This document shows, piece after piece, positions 26,962 to 41,400 of a stretch of DNA of 64,000 nt. Location: NCBI GenBank assembly GCA_973851085.1, contig OZ316775.1, positions 19,592,001 through 19,656,000 of the forward strand. Direction: 5' to 3'. A program made the translations under genes and the position numbers. Below the pieces are notes generated by a model, which worked only from the letters and a program-made list of their open reading frames with translations, did not search any database and was not told the DNA's origin. This stretch comes from Ptychomitrium polyphyllum (taxonomy: Eukaryota). Every line of letters starts with the position of its first letter. Positions within the stretch are counted from its first letter, which is position 1.

Positions 26962-29212
26962 TGTCACAAACATAGATCATGCAACATAGTCCTTATAACA
27001 TTTCAGAACCTCCTGGTATATTATAGTATCTTCTTATAATACTTTTAAATGTCTCCATAGTCTTTCCATGTTTTTAAGAAGCTTTCCAGAAAAGTTCTTC
27101 CATCTTAGAAAACTTCCTAGGAAAGCTCTATTATCTTAAATAATTTTCGAAGAAACTTCTTTGGAAGGCTTTTCCACGTTAGGAAATTCCACCACCTTAG
27201 GAAACTTCCAAGGAAGGTTTGAACCTTGGAAGCTTCTTAGAAAGGTTCCAACATCTTTGAAAACTTCTTAAGAAGGTTTGCTAGACTTCCAGAACATTCT
27301 TAAGCCTTGTAAGAAGCTTCTTTAGAAGTATCTTAGGAGATTCAAACGTCATAGTTTAAATAGGAAGGAAGACAAGGTATTCCTTAGTCTTGCTGATACA
27401 AGTTGTGGATCATCTTGAATCCTTCCTTGTTTTAATCTTTGTATCAAGTTCTTATTAATCATTAGCTCTTTGGAAGCTAATTCTTGGAAAACACTTCGTT
27501 TCTGCTTCTTGTTTCTTGTGTTCATAATTCGTTTAGCAAGACTATTTTTTATCTTTATTAGGGCTAAAGTTCTTGGAAGAAGATTGTGGACTATCCATCT
27601 TCATTAGAATTCTATAGCGTCTTAGAGGTTGCAGATTACCCTCCTCTCAGCAGACACCATAAAGTTGGTTTCTCCTTCTAAAACCCAGTATTACTTCTTC
27701 AAAGGACGTGGATTACCTTCCTTTGAAGGTACTCATAGTCTTCTTATCTTTGACAGTCTCCAAAAATGGATAACGTGCCTGGAACATCAGAAAATAGGTT
27801 TGCAACTATTGTAGACCTTCAAGAGTTATTAAATACAATTCAAACAGAATTTGCCTGTTTCAACAGCACCAACAATTTGGAGCAACACACCCAGCAAATA
27901 GAAGAATCCAATGGTGATATTCAAAACCTATATCAAGAAGTTATTCGATTGCAAGAGGCCAATATTAGAAGAGAAGGCTTACGTTGAACCTATATAGAGC
28001 CAAAAATTAGCATGCCTGACAAGTTCGATGGATTTAGATCAAAACTAAAACGCTTTGTTCAACAAGTAAAGTTCTTCCTTAGTTTGCATCAATCTCGCTA
28101 TATTGATGGCACGACTCAAGTGGGATTTGTGGCCACTCTTTTGTCAAACAATGCACTATCGTGGTTTGCACTATTAATGGAGTAGCAGTCATCATTATTG
28201 AACAACTTAGATGCTTTCATAGAAGCATTGACATCTACTTTTGGAGACACTGACCGAGAGAGGGTGGCTGAGACAAGGATCCAGAGTCTTCAACAAGGAC
28301 AACGCTTAGTTGCTACATATGCTGTAGTATTTCAAAAACTAGCTTGCGACCTTGATTGGATTGATAAGGCATTTGTAACACAATTCCGATGGGATTTAAG
28401 AGAGAATGTGAATGACTTGCTACTCACAATGCTAAGAATTGAAACATTGGACAAATTCATCACTTAAGCAATAGCATGTGACAATAGATTATTTGAAAGG
28501 CGCCAAGAACAACGCTTGGAATGGAGATTTGTATATTAAAGTATGGCTATCACTTCTTCAAGAGTATCGGAAAGCCGACCACAAAGACTAGAACTTATGC
28601 AAATTGATGTTGCCCAATATAGACGTTTGATTTTTTATAAAAAAAAAAAACATCCAAGAGAAAATCTATATTTGTAATGTGGCAAGTCTGGACATTAAGT
28701 ACGCGATTGCCAAATCAAAGGATCTGCCTTTAAGGCTCAAAGTACAATGGTAAAATTAGAAAACGACGCTGTTCAATCACAGTAGGGACCATGCGACTGG
28801 ATACCACAAGGAAACAATCATCAAATTAAGGTCTCTGACTACCTTCAAGCCTCACCTCTTGATTTCCAATTCCTATAAAAATTAAATTGTTGGATGATGA
28901 AATAGTTAGTGAGGCTCTTTTAGATACTATTGCAACAACATGTTTTGTGGACAAACATTTTGCAACCAAACATCACATGGTGCTTGTGAACAAAAAATAC
29001 CCCGCACTTGTTGAAGTTATTGATGGACAAATTCTTGTATCTAGCAACATTATTGAAGAAACTCAACCCTTGGAGGTCGTTTTAGAAGACCAAGCATGTA
29101 AGATTGTCTTCAACATCATTCCATGGCAAGCAAATCTTATTATATTGGACCTTCCTTGGTTTAAATTAAATAATCCAAACATTGATTGGCGTTCATAAAG
29201 TATCGCAACCCT

Positions 29213-30374
29213 TGTAATGCACTTCAACAAACGTTACGCGCGTCAAACCTATACATCCCCGCATGCACATGATTAACCTCCTTTTTATTCTCCAAATCTC
29301 AAGCTTGGTTTCCAATTTCTCTACCATTTCTTTTAGAACACCCACTTGATTGGTAGCTAATAGTTAGGTGCGGACTTCCATTCATGTCTAAGGCCTCACT
29401 TGGTGTTACTCCCATTCCACACGCCCTGACCGCACTTAGTGGTGTCTCCTCACCACCACTCATGATTCCCATGTGATTCCAAGATCACTCTGGGCCATTA
29501 TGATACCGGCGTGAAGACACCATCCCAACTTAGTGGTAACAAGCGTACCCTTTTGATCTCACTAGTTCCCTTCATAAAACCAATCATCCACCAGCTCACA
29601 ATGGTGTGGAAGTCCCGGTGGTGAAGCTCCAACACTAGCTCCACCAACCGAGACTCAACCTTGGTACCTACCAGGATACTAGTGGAGTGGGGAGGGGGAC
29701 CAGCCCTCCCCTATAGTATCCTTTGTGGGAGTTGGCAAGCCCCCTGGCCCTTTGTAGCTGGCTAAACTCCAACAAACCCAAAACTTTGGAAGACCATCCG
29801 ATCTCCCTTGGGACTAAGCCGTTGGAAGCCTCCAGGACTTCCTGCCAACCTTCAGGGAGCCATATCTTCCACGTTTGGTGTCCAATTCTATCAAGCAACC
29901 ACTCTATTGTCATTTATTCTTTGTGTTGATGCCAATAGACTCCTCAAATGTCCAATTTGATATAATATTCTCGAAGATATGCCTCTTCTAAGGTTCAAAA
30001 CTCTCGGAGAGTCCCTCCCTATACTGTCCAAGTCTAGTACAGTCACTGTCTAGGGCTGCCACAGTCCAGAACAACCCCTTAGCAGCCCCAACTTTGGAAT
30101 GCCATATCTTTTAGTTCCTTTGTCCGATTTGAGTAATCTTTAGCATTCTAAAATCAACTCTTCGTGAGTACTTTAATGCCTACAATTTATCCCTTGTGGC
30201 CCTCGATCTACATGGACAAGGATGTTTCTCCCCCTTGATATCCTTTCCATGCTATATCTACTTGAGCTACTTCACTATTGGCGCCACAAGTCTCGGACGT
30301 GAATTCGGGATTTCTTTTTTGCCTTTAGTGTTGTGGGCATTCCTCTAGGAGAAGTGTCTGGCACGAAATGTGAT
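29213..30374. mobile_element. ~1.16-kb foreign insert (probable solo LTR of another family) just after the protease region
   Basis: Non-coding and of different composition, starting TGTAA. Pol-like sequence resumes near 30375 (GAKTFIRAAK, homologous to GTKAFMRVAK in the minus-strand element). The right boundary is approximate and no clear TSD is seen. Confidence 0.55.
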
Positions 30375-33250
30375 CTCAAGAAAAGATATCAAAGTACAAG
30401 AAGTCTTGGAACATCATTTACTGGAGCTAAGACATTTATAAGAGCGGCAAAAGATGAATTGATTTATGCCATTTATACCACACCAATGTCCAGCTTTATG
30501 ATAGAGACTAATCAAAACATACCTTGTCAATATTAAAATTATAAAGATGTTTTTGAATAAAAAAATGCAAACATATTACCAAAGTACCGGCTTTACGATT
30601 GTACCATTGAGTTGCAAGAAGGAGCCTAACCACCTTTTGAACTTGTTTAAAACTTATCACAAATCGAGTTGACTGCCTTGAGAGAATATATTGATCAAAG
30701 CCTTGGAAAGGATTTCATTCAGTATTCTAAATCACCGGCTAGAGCACCCATTCTATTTGTAAAGAAAAAAGATGGATCATTACTTATGTGCATGGACTAT
30801 TGAGGCTTCAACAAAGTAACAAAAAAGAATTGCTATCCATTATCATTAATCTCAGGACTCCTACAACAACTTGGCCAAGCAAAAATATTCACCAAAATTG
30901 ATCTTAGAGGAGCCTACAATCTTGTATGCATAAAAGAAGGAGACAAATGGAAGACAGCTTTTCGATCTAGGTATGATCATTTTGAATACAATGTCATGCC
31001 TTTTGGCCTTATTAATGCCCCATCAGTCTTCCAACATATAATGAATGATATCTTCCATGAATATTTGGACAAAATTTGTAGTCATCTACTAGAATGACAT
31101 TTTGATATATTCAAAGGTTGAACAAGACCACAAATGTCATGTGCAACTGGTCTTAAAAAAAACTACGCCAATAAGGATTGTATGCCAAATTGGAAAAGTG
31201 CCTTTTCCATGAATCCTTAGTTGAATTTTTAAGCTACATCATTTCCAAAGAAGGAATCCATATGGATAAAAAGAAAACAAGCACTATCATGGAATGGGCT
31301 ACGCCAAGATCAATTTGAGATGCATAGTGCTTCTTGGGATTTGCAAACTTCTAAAGGATATTCATCAAGGATTATTCCAAGATTGCAGCACCATTAATAC
31401 GTCTTATGGGGAAGCAAAAATTCATTTGGAATGAAAAGGCGCAAAAAACATTTCAAAGTCTTAAGAAGTCATTCACGTCGGCTCCAATCCTTATTCATCC
31501 AAATCCATCAAAGCCTTATGATGTGGAAGCGGATGCCTCAGATTTTGCGCTTGGCTCAGTACTTTCACAATATGATGAAGATGGAAGACTTTACCCTCTT
31601 GCCTTTCGTTCAAAAAAGTTCTAAGCGGCAAATATCAACTATGATATCCATGATAAAGAACTACTTGTAATTGTAGATGCATTTGAAAAATAGTGGCACT
31701 TGTTGGAAAGAGCTCAATATACCATCACAATACACACAGACCACAAGAACTTGGAGTATTTCATGAGTGTGCGCGTGTTGAATCGCCGTCAAGCAAAGTG
31801 AAATATGTCACTTTCCAGATTTGACTTTGTCATTATTTATTGACTTGGTAGTTTACAAGGTAGGCCAGATGCCTTATATCAAAGATCTTATTTAACTCCT
31901 CAACCTCAAAATGATATTTTGGATCAACAAAGGATTATTTTATTAAAATCAAAGGATCTTCAGTTGAAAGCAACTACTACTATCACAACGTTCCATCTTG
32001 ACAAAATTTGGAAGACTTTGAAGAATGATGTCTTTATTTCAAATATAAGGAAGTGCCTCAAAAACAATGGAGATCCTTCAAATAGCGATGAGGACTTTGA
32101 ATTCCAAGAGGACCTACTTTATTATAAAGGAATCTTGTATCCACCTCTAGGCCCTTTGGGATTGAAGATTCCTTAGGCACGTCATGATTTTATAGCAGTA
32201 GGACATTTTGGATTCAATAAAACAATGAAATTGACTGCTAGAGACAATTAGTGGTCACAAATGTGGAAGTACGTAAAGGACTTTATTCGATCATGCGACA
32301 CTTGTGCAAGAGCCAAGGTACCAAGGCACCAACCTCATGGTCTCCTCTATCCGCTTCCAGTGCCAAAGAGCCCATGGTTGACTTTGTCAATGGATTTTAT
32401 TATGGACCTTCCAAATGCCAATTTTAGGGGTTCTATTTTAGTAGTGGTGGATTAATTTATCAAAATGGCACATTTCATTCCATGCAACAAGATGGTAACA
32501 GAAGAAGAAACTGCCAAGTTGTTTTTAAATCACATCTACCACATACATAGACTAACAAATGATATTCTATCCGATTGGGGGCAGTTGTTCATTTCCAACT
32601 TTTGGAGGGCTCAAATCCAGCTGTTGTATGTAAAGATCAACCTTTCTTTAGCACATTATCCACAAATTGATGGCCAAACTGAACGTGTGAATCAAATTTT
32701 GGAGTGGTACCTTTGTTGTAGTATAAATTACCAGCAAGACAACTGGATGGATTTCTTGCCTTTGGCAGAGTTTGCTTACAACAATATGGTGCATTTTTCT
32801 ACAACTCAAAGTTTATTTTTTGCAAACTATGGCCATTATCCTCGAGCAGATCCATTTCAAGTGAAGCATGTTGGAAGTCCTGCAGGAGAGGATTTTGCAA
32901 CTCAATTTGCTAAAATCCATCAAAAAATCACCTTTTAATTACAACAAGCTTAAAATTGTTACAAAACTTATGCAAATCGTTATTGGAAGGACCATCCAAA
33001 GTTCAAGGTTGGAGATAGCGTATGGATGCCACTACAAAATATACAAACAAAAAGACCATTAAAGAAGTTCAACTATCAAAGGTTGGAACCGTTTGAAATC
33101 AACAAACAAATAAATCCGGTTAGTTATCGCCTAAAGCTACCACCAAGCATGCAAATTCATCCAGTATTCCACGTATCGTTGTTGGAAACCTATAACAAAT
33201 CATAGATACCAGAGAAAATTGTCCCTCCGCCTCCTCCATTAAAAATCAAT

Positions 33251-33437
33251 AATGAAATTGAATATGAAATGGAAGAGATCTTAGATTCACGCATCAAGAA
33301 TAAACGTGTGGAGTATTTTATACATTGGCAAGGATATGGCATCAATGACCGAACATGGGAACCTTCAACAAATGTAACAAATGCATCTGAGGAGGCACGC
33401 GAATTTCATCAAATATTTCTTCAGAAACTAGGTTAGT
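33251..33437 (+). other. Chromodomain at the integrase C-terminus
   Basis: Translates NEIEYEMEEILDSRIKNKRVEYFIHWQGYGINDRTWEPSTNVTNA, with canonical aromatic-cage Y/W/Y positions. Decayed homologues lie at ~35725-35880 and ~39380-39540 (-). Confidence 0.88.
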
Positions 33438-34726
33438 GATGATGTGTCATCAGTAGCCATTAGCTTTACAGAGAAGTTTTTCTTTCATAGACAAGTATAA
33501 GAAGGGAGGAGAGATATCCAAAACCTCTAATTGTATGCAGCATTATTTCCAAGATAAATCATTTGTAGATCCTAGCCAGCATGTCAATCTTCGTATTATC
33601 ATGAATATGCGTGAAGAGCAATTGGCCATGCCTTCATCAGCAATACCATCTGTTGAGCCAACTGAACTTTCTCAAGTTTTGATAACGAAGGATTTAAACC
33701 AAGATATAAGAAGGACATTCCAACGTCAAGTACAACCTTGTACAAAAGTATTAGCTAGTCGCCTTTCACATTCCAGTCGTGATTCAGATGCTTGCACTCT
33801 AGTCATCTTGTTAGAAATTAGAAGAGTTATTCTTAAAGGACCCGAGATCTTGTTTGGAGAATGTTTTAAAGGACTTAATCAAGATCAAATCTTGAGATGG
33901 AACATTTCAATAAGAGAAGTCTTAGCTAGTAGTCATTAACGTTTCTTGCTAGGACAAGTTAAACCAGTGAATAAAGAATAACAAGCAGAATATGTTGCTT
34001 CATTCCTTTGAAATTTTTTGGAATTTGTAGAAATGTGACAAGCAAGCCAAAAAAAGAGCTCCTCATGGAACTTGTTGTTAAATGGAGAGATGATGTCACG
34101 GACAGAGATTGTGCAATACAGTCCTTAGAATATTCTAGTATATTATAGTAGCTTTTTATAATACTTTTAAATGTCTCCATAGCCTTTCCATGTTCTTAAG
34201 AAGCTTCCTAAGATAGTTCCTCCACATTAGAAAACTTCCTAGGAAGGTTTTATCATCTTAGGTAACTTCTTAAGAAACTTCCTACAATGATTCCATCACC
34301 TTAGGAAACTTCCTAGGAAGTTTTTATTGTTTTAGAAAACTTCCTAAGAAAGTTCCTCCACCTTAGCAAACTTCCTAATAAGGTTCCACCACCTTAGGAA
34401 ACTTCCAAGGAAGGTTTGAACCTTGGAAGCTTCTTAGGAAGGTTCCAACATCTTTGAAAACTTCTTAAGAAGGTTTGCTAGACTTCCAGAACATTCTTAA
34501 GCCTTGTAAGAAGCTTCTTTAGAAGTATCCTAGGAGATTCAAACGTCATAGTTTAAATAGGAAGGAAGACAAGGTATTCCTTAGTCTTGCTGATACAAGT
34601 TGTGGATCATCTTGAATCCTGCCTTGTTTTAGTCTTTGTATCAAGTTTTTATCAATCATTAGCTCTTTGGAAGCTAATTCTTGGAAAACACATCGTTTTT
34701 GCTTCTTATTTCTTGTGTTCCCAACA

Positions 34727-36512
34727 TTGGTTGCCACAAATGTGAAAAAACCTAGAAAACTTTTTTATATTATGCAACACATGCGCAAAGGCTTAGGTAC
34801 AAAGATATCAACCTTATTATTTCTTCCATCTGCTTTTAATGCCAAAAAGTCTATGGTTGTTATTTTCAATGGATTTTGTCACAGAACTCCACAATTTTGA
34901 TTTTAAAGACTCTATGTGAGTAATGGTGGATTGATTCACTAAGATGGCATATTTCATTTAAGATAGTAACAAGAGAAGAAATTACCAAGTTGTTCCAATA
35001 TCACATTTACCGCATATATGGACAACCAAATGAAATTGTATTTGATCAAAGCCTGCAGTTTGTCTCCAACGTTTTAAAGGCTCTATTCCCACTGTTGCGT
35101 ATAAAGATCAACATTTCTATAGCACACCATCTATAGACTAATGGTCACACCACATATGTAATTTCAATTATAAAGGAGGTATTTTGCTGTAATATAAACT
35201 ACCAACAAGACAATTGGATGGACTTTTTATCTTTGGTAGAGTTTACTTACAACAATATGATGCATTTTTCATTGACGCAAAGTCCATTCTTTGCAAACAA
35301 TGGTCATCATTCTCAAGCACATCCATTTCAAATGAAACATGTTGAAAGTCATACAATAGAAGATTTTGCAACTCAACCTGCTAAAATCCACCAAGAATTT
35401 GCTTTCTAGTTACAACAAGCTCAAGATTGGTATAAAATTTATACAAATTGTTATTGGAAGGACCATCCAAAGTTTAAGGTTGAAAATAACGTATGGCTTA
35501 AATAAAAAAACATACAAACAAAAAGATCGTTAAAGAAGCTGGATTATCAAACGCTTAGGGCCGTTTGAAATTACCAAATAAATAAATCTAGTTAGTTATT
35601 GCCTAAAAATACCACCAATCATGCAAATTCATCTAGTGTTTCACATATCTTAGTTGGAAATCTACAATAAATCATGTATACTAAGGAAGATTGTTCTTCC
35701 GCTTTTCTTGGTAGAAATTAATAATGAAATGGAATATGAAGTTGAGGAGATTTTTAATTCACACATAAAAAATGGACGTATGGAGTACTTTATACATTGG
35801 CAAAGATATGGCATCACTGATTAAATATGGAATTCTTCAATGAATGTAACAAACGCATCTGACAAGGTATATGAATTTTATCAAAGATATCTTCAAAAAG
35901 CAAGTTATTGATGATGTAATATGATAAAGCAATACCCACTAGCTTGATGGAAAAGATTTTTTCATAGACAAATATAAGAAACGGGGAGCAATATCCAACT
36001 TTCAATTGTATATAGCTATATTTTTAAAATAGATCATCTCTAGATCCTAGCTAGCATGTCAAATCTTTATATTATCATGGATATGCATGAAGAGCAGCTA
36101 GCCATGTTTTCTCCAACAACAACAACTATTAAATCAATTCAATTTTTTTAATCTTCAATACAAGAGGATTTAAACCAAGATACAACAAAGGCACTTCATT
36201 GTCGAGTGCAACCACATGTAAACGTATTGGCTGATCGCTTTTTGCATTCTAGTCTTGATTTAGATGCTTGAGTTGTAGTTTTTTTGTTAAAAGTTTGAAG
36301 ACTTATTCTTGGAGGACTAGAGATCATATTTAGAAGATGTTTTGAATGACTTAATGAAGATCAAATCTTGGGCTAGAACATTCCAACAACAAAAGTCTTG
36401 ATTGGTGGTCATCAACATGTCTTGAAAAGATCGGTTGAATGAGTGGGCAAAGAACAACAAGCAAAATATATTACTTCTTTTATTCAACAAATTTTGATAT
36501 AAGTGGAGATCC
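34727..36512 (+). mobile_element. Older gypsy element, right part: decayed integrase, chromodomain and 3' region; 3' LTR missing
   Basis: Colinear with ~32250-34020 (MDFLSLVEFTYNN vs MDFLPLAEFAYNN). Fades into AT-rich DNA after a PPT-like AAGTGGAGAT. Confidence 0.82.
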
Positions 36513-38414
36513 ATTGAGCAAAGTACAACATTCTATCTTATTTTCAACATTTATAATATGTAGAAGGTTATTAACATTCAATACTTCTAATTCATTTGAA
36601 AAAATTTATGTTCCAATTGGAGATTGTTATTTAAATTAAATTAAGTATAGTATTATCACTAAAGTTTAGGTTTACTTATTTAAGGCATGATTAATGCACA
36701 CTCATAGTAAAAAATTTATAAAGATTTAGATTGTTCATTAATTACGAAATTAGAATTACATTTAAATGTTGTTAATTTCAATCTTATTGTATATATTAAA
36801 ACTTCAATTGTAATGTTTTAATTGTGATTATGATTAGTAGATCTTGCATAAGGAAGATGGTTTTAATTTGGCCAATATGGTAGCAAAGCTTCAAATTCTT
36901 GGAAAATTATTCACCAATATATTGCAAAAATATATCTTATTGATGATAAAACCTTTATAAGCCTTAAATCTTATATATTTTATTGTTAATTGTAAAAATT
37001 AAATGATGTTTTTTTTTTATTATATATTTGTTTGAAATTTTTGTGCAATATGTTAATTTTTAAAAATCTTAGATATTAAAGACTTCAATTTGGTATCTAG
37101 ACACACCTAATTATTAAAGTGATTACACTTTTTAATAATTTTTTTTTTTCATTTATAATAAATAAAATACTAATTGCTATATTCTTCTTTCTTTTGCTTT
37201 TATGATTTAATACTATCATATTGTTGAACGCATGATATTATATATTGCTACAAATAGGCTTATAAGTGTATACCATTTTTTTTTATGTGTTGGTGTTATA
37301 GTTTTATTTCTTACTATATTAAAACTTCATTAATGTCCTTCATTATGCACAAAAATGTAGCTAAAGTTGAATTACATTCAACCAAAATTTAGCTTATTTA
37401 CACCATTTATTGAATTCAATAAAATAATCATTCAAATAAATCAAAAGTATACAAAAGGTAGAAATAAATGGATAAAATTAATATCATTTCTACTAATAAG
37501 TTACCAAAGAATTTCAATATTTAGATTACATTTCTTGTTTAATACATTTTTAATTCTAAGAAAAAAAGTATGAAATATTGAAATACATTAAGTAATGGTT
37601 TTTTTGGAAATTAAAGGAATTTTTTGGTTGAATTATTAAATTAGACTTATGGCTTCATGTATTTCATGAAACATACTTTTATTATTAACTATTATTAATT
37701 CTTTATTTTCCATGGCAAAAGAAAGTTGTTTCAATTATTAAAAGCTATTTTATAAGTTGAAAATGATGTATTAAGTATAGGTGTAGTGAGTAGCAAAAAT
37801 CATTATATTCTTATTAAAATGTAGTTTAATTGATATATAATGAAAAACATGTTTTTATATATAATCTTCTTTTTTGTCTGAATATATAAAATCTTAGTAA
37901 AGATACAAGATTAATTTATTATCTAATCATAACATGGATATGATTAGTGTTTACATTGTTATAAAAACATACTAAGATACCTTTGTAATACTTTATATAA
38001 TGTGTAGCTTTGAAATCTTAGAGCATAGCTGAAATAAATGGATTTTGATGGACTTTTTTTTAATATAATTGATCATTTTTAAGTATTAAGCTTTTGAAAC
38101 AGAAAAAAACATTTAAAAAGATATAATATATAATGAATAAAGAGAGTTGGATTTTAAAATTACATTTATATAGATAACACTAATTACAAGTGCAAATTGC
38201 AAAAAATAATAATTATCAATAATAAAACGTATAAATGGTGTAACAATGCAATTTTAAGAAATACTACATTATTGACTATACTATTGAAAAACACTTTATT
38301 AAAAGTACTTACATGAATTTTTTAATTTGAAATTTTGCTAAATTTATTTATAATAAATTTTAGATTGGAATTAAGGTAATCAACTATGATAGGATGTTCA
38401 TTTGAACCATCTGA

Positions 38415-41400
38415 TGTTACGGACAGATTAACCATAAAACTAGCCTTCAGGATTCAAAGATGTGGAAAATAATATATTCAAGTATATTAGAGGTATAGAG
38501 CTACAACAAAGCACAAAAGACAAGGCCAAAAGGTCTAACCTAGATCACAAGAGATGCGCTATCGAGACTGAAGAGTTCTTCAATCTCAACTCCTATATAT
38601 ATTAGAATGACAAGCCTTAGAAGCTTCTTGAAAAGCTTTACTTACATTGCTTTGTATTCAAGCAACTTTAAGTTGCTTCTTTGGAAGTTTCCTAAGCCAA
38701 GGTAATTTCCTTGAAAGCTTTATAAATCTTTTAAGAACCTTTCTAGATGCTTTTAATATGTATGTCCATGATATCACCTCCTCTTTTAACTCCGAGGTCT
38801 TCAAGGAGCAACAAATGCTCAGAGTCGTAAAAAGTCAAGAATTTGTCGCATGGTATCTGTAACATATTCCAATTGCCTTTCTTGATTTAAATGATTCATG
38901 GATCCTTGTAACCACCAATAATGTCCAACGCCTTCTACTTGAACCAAGCATAAAATTTTGTATCTTCATTGTGAAAGCATTCTTCAAAAATAATTTTTGA
39001 ATAATCTTTGTAAGTTGGTTTGAGTTCAAAGACAATCACCAACGATCTATTGCTCGGTATCCTCCGTCGTCTTCTTAGTCCAATCTGTTCTTCATCACAA
39101 GGTCGTCAACAAGAACCACTTAGTTGGGTTGACACCACTAGCATGGTATCTACATCTTAACTATCTATATCTATTATATTGAGCTAGTCTCAAAAAACTA
39201 TTACAAACTTCAAAATACAAACGACTAATTTTTAAATCATGTCTGGGACTTTGGAAACTTATGGTCTAGGAATTGCTTTTTCTTCTATTTAAATGCCCTA
39301 GGATCAAGAGCCTTCAAGATTAAACAACCTTATCGAGCCACTGTTCCATCTACTACTACTTTTGGTTTGGATAGATGTTGTTGATGGAACTTACGGACTT
39401 TACTGGTGAATTGGCAAGGTTGTTAATTGGCTTCCATGTATGTTTACTAATGTCATATCCGTGCCAATGTACCAAGTATCTAGCTTTCCACGTCTTATCC
39501 AAGGATCAAGTACTTCTTCTACTTTAATTTGATTATGATCGTCGAATTCGACCACAAGTGGTGGCAGCTGCTTTTGTCCTAGGATATTTGATTCTTTATA
39601 AGTCTCCAAAAATAAATCAAGGAAGACGAGATGTATCTTTATTGATGTTGGTAGTTCCAAACAATATGTTACGTGGTTGATTTTTTTTTTGTTTGCAAAT
39701 GGTTCCAATCTATAATAGTCCAGCTTGTCACATGGCCTATTGGTCCTTATATTGCGTTGAAGGAGCCACACCTTCTTACCAAGTTAGAATAGAGGTTGTT
39801 CCTTCCTTGTTGCATTTGTTGCCGTTTTATATCATTCTTGAGCTTTTTTTAGTTGAGTCTTCATGGTTGTTTGAAGCTTTGCCATTCTTTTGACAAATTC
39901 TTTTGCTTTTGGATTTTCAGATTGTGGAGGTTATAACATATCCATTTTTTGATGATGTCCATAGTTAGAGTAAAATGGCATTTGTTGGATGGAAGCATGA
40001 GTGGTATTGTTGTAGGAAAATTCAGCCAATGTCAAGTAAGAAGTCTAATCATTTTGTTGGTTGTTGATAGTACACCTCAAATATTGCTCTAAGATTTGGT
40101 TAACTTGCTCTATTTGGCCATTGGTATGAGGATGGAAGGCAAAAGAAAGTTTGATCTTTACCTTAAGGATTTCAAAGAGCAACTTCCAAAGTCTTGATAC
40201 AAACTATGGTCCATAATTCAATATAATATTGTCGGATAATCCATGGTAGCGATAGACATTATCCATGAAGAGTGTGGCAGTCTTTTTACCCGTAATTGTC
40301 TTCTTGCAAGGTACAAAATGTGCCATCTTGGTCAACCAGTCTATCACAACGAAGATGGTATCAAAAGAATTTGACGATGGAAGATTTGTAATGAAATCCA
40401 TTAAAACAGACGACTACAGTTGCCTTGGAATAGGTAATGGTTGGAGAAGTTCATATGGACAGTGTTGAGGGTTTTTGGACCTAGAACAGGTATTTCACAA
40501 AAGTACAAATTTCTTAACGGCCTTCCACATTTGAGGCCACCAAAAATCTCAAGAGAGGAATTCCAAGGTTTTGTTGAATCCAAAATGTCTAACCGCAAGT
40601 AAGTCATGACGTGTTTGAAGTACACAAAAGTAAGCTGGTTATTTAGAAATATTTAAACGTTCTTCAAAATAGATAAGAGTGTCTTTTAATTTGAACTTAG
40701 ACACATCTTCAAAGAAGTTGTTGGAATGATGCTTGATATCAAGAATAAGACGATCTTTGGTAGATGCCCCACGCACTTGGTCAATGAACTATAAATTCAT
40801 CGGAATTGAAATGGTGGTTGTCCGTATACAAGACTGTTTGGGTTTCAACAAAGTTGCTCGTTGTCAATCATGTGCTGCTACTCCCTCTTTTGGTGTAAGA
40901 TATGATTGCTTTGACAAAGCACCTAACAACTCTTGTTGTTTTCCAAGTCGATATATGAAATAAAAATCAAATTGAGATAGAGACATACTCCAATAAGCTT
41001 GGCGGCAATTCAAAACACAAGCTGACATGAAATATTCCAAGTTCTTATAATCTGTGTATACAAGCACCTTCAATCAAGTGACGCCATTTTTAGAAGGAAT
41101 CCACAATTGCAAGGTGTTCCTTGTCGTGGATCTTATAGTTGATTTTTGCAGCTAAAAATTTTCTGGAATGGAATGGAATTGGATGGAATTTCCCTTTTTT
41201 TCCCGTTTTTGATAAAATTGCTCCTATTGCAAAATTGGAAGCATTTGTCTCAAGATAAAATTGCTTTAAAAAGTATAGATAGACCAGAATAGGAGCTGTG
41301 ATAAAAGCTTGCTTAAAACTTTGGAATGCATCTTCAACATTGGATTCCCACTTAAGTTTTTCTTTGCATGTTAGTTGCATGAGTGGTATAGCTATTCAAG

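Larger units (their letters stand above)
26962..34726 (+). mobile_element. Decayed chromovirus-type Ty3/gypsy LTR retrotransposon; LTRs ~26962-27529 and 34094-34726
   Basis: Direct LTRs and a degenerate PPT at 34080-34093. Domain order is gag (27766-~28785, broken CCHC knuckle), protease (ALLDT, 28887-29198), RT ([14 protein letters not shown]), RNase H (DASDFALG), integrase (SMDFI, DGQTERVNQ) and chromodomain. Many premature stops and frameshifts. Confidence 0.93.

Noticed and set aside
28758..28800. Possible -1 frameshift site (AGAAAAC plus weak hairpin) at the gag/pol junction
   Set aside because: Not a canonical X XXY YYZ heptamer, and the copy is too decayed to establish frames.
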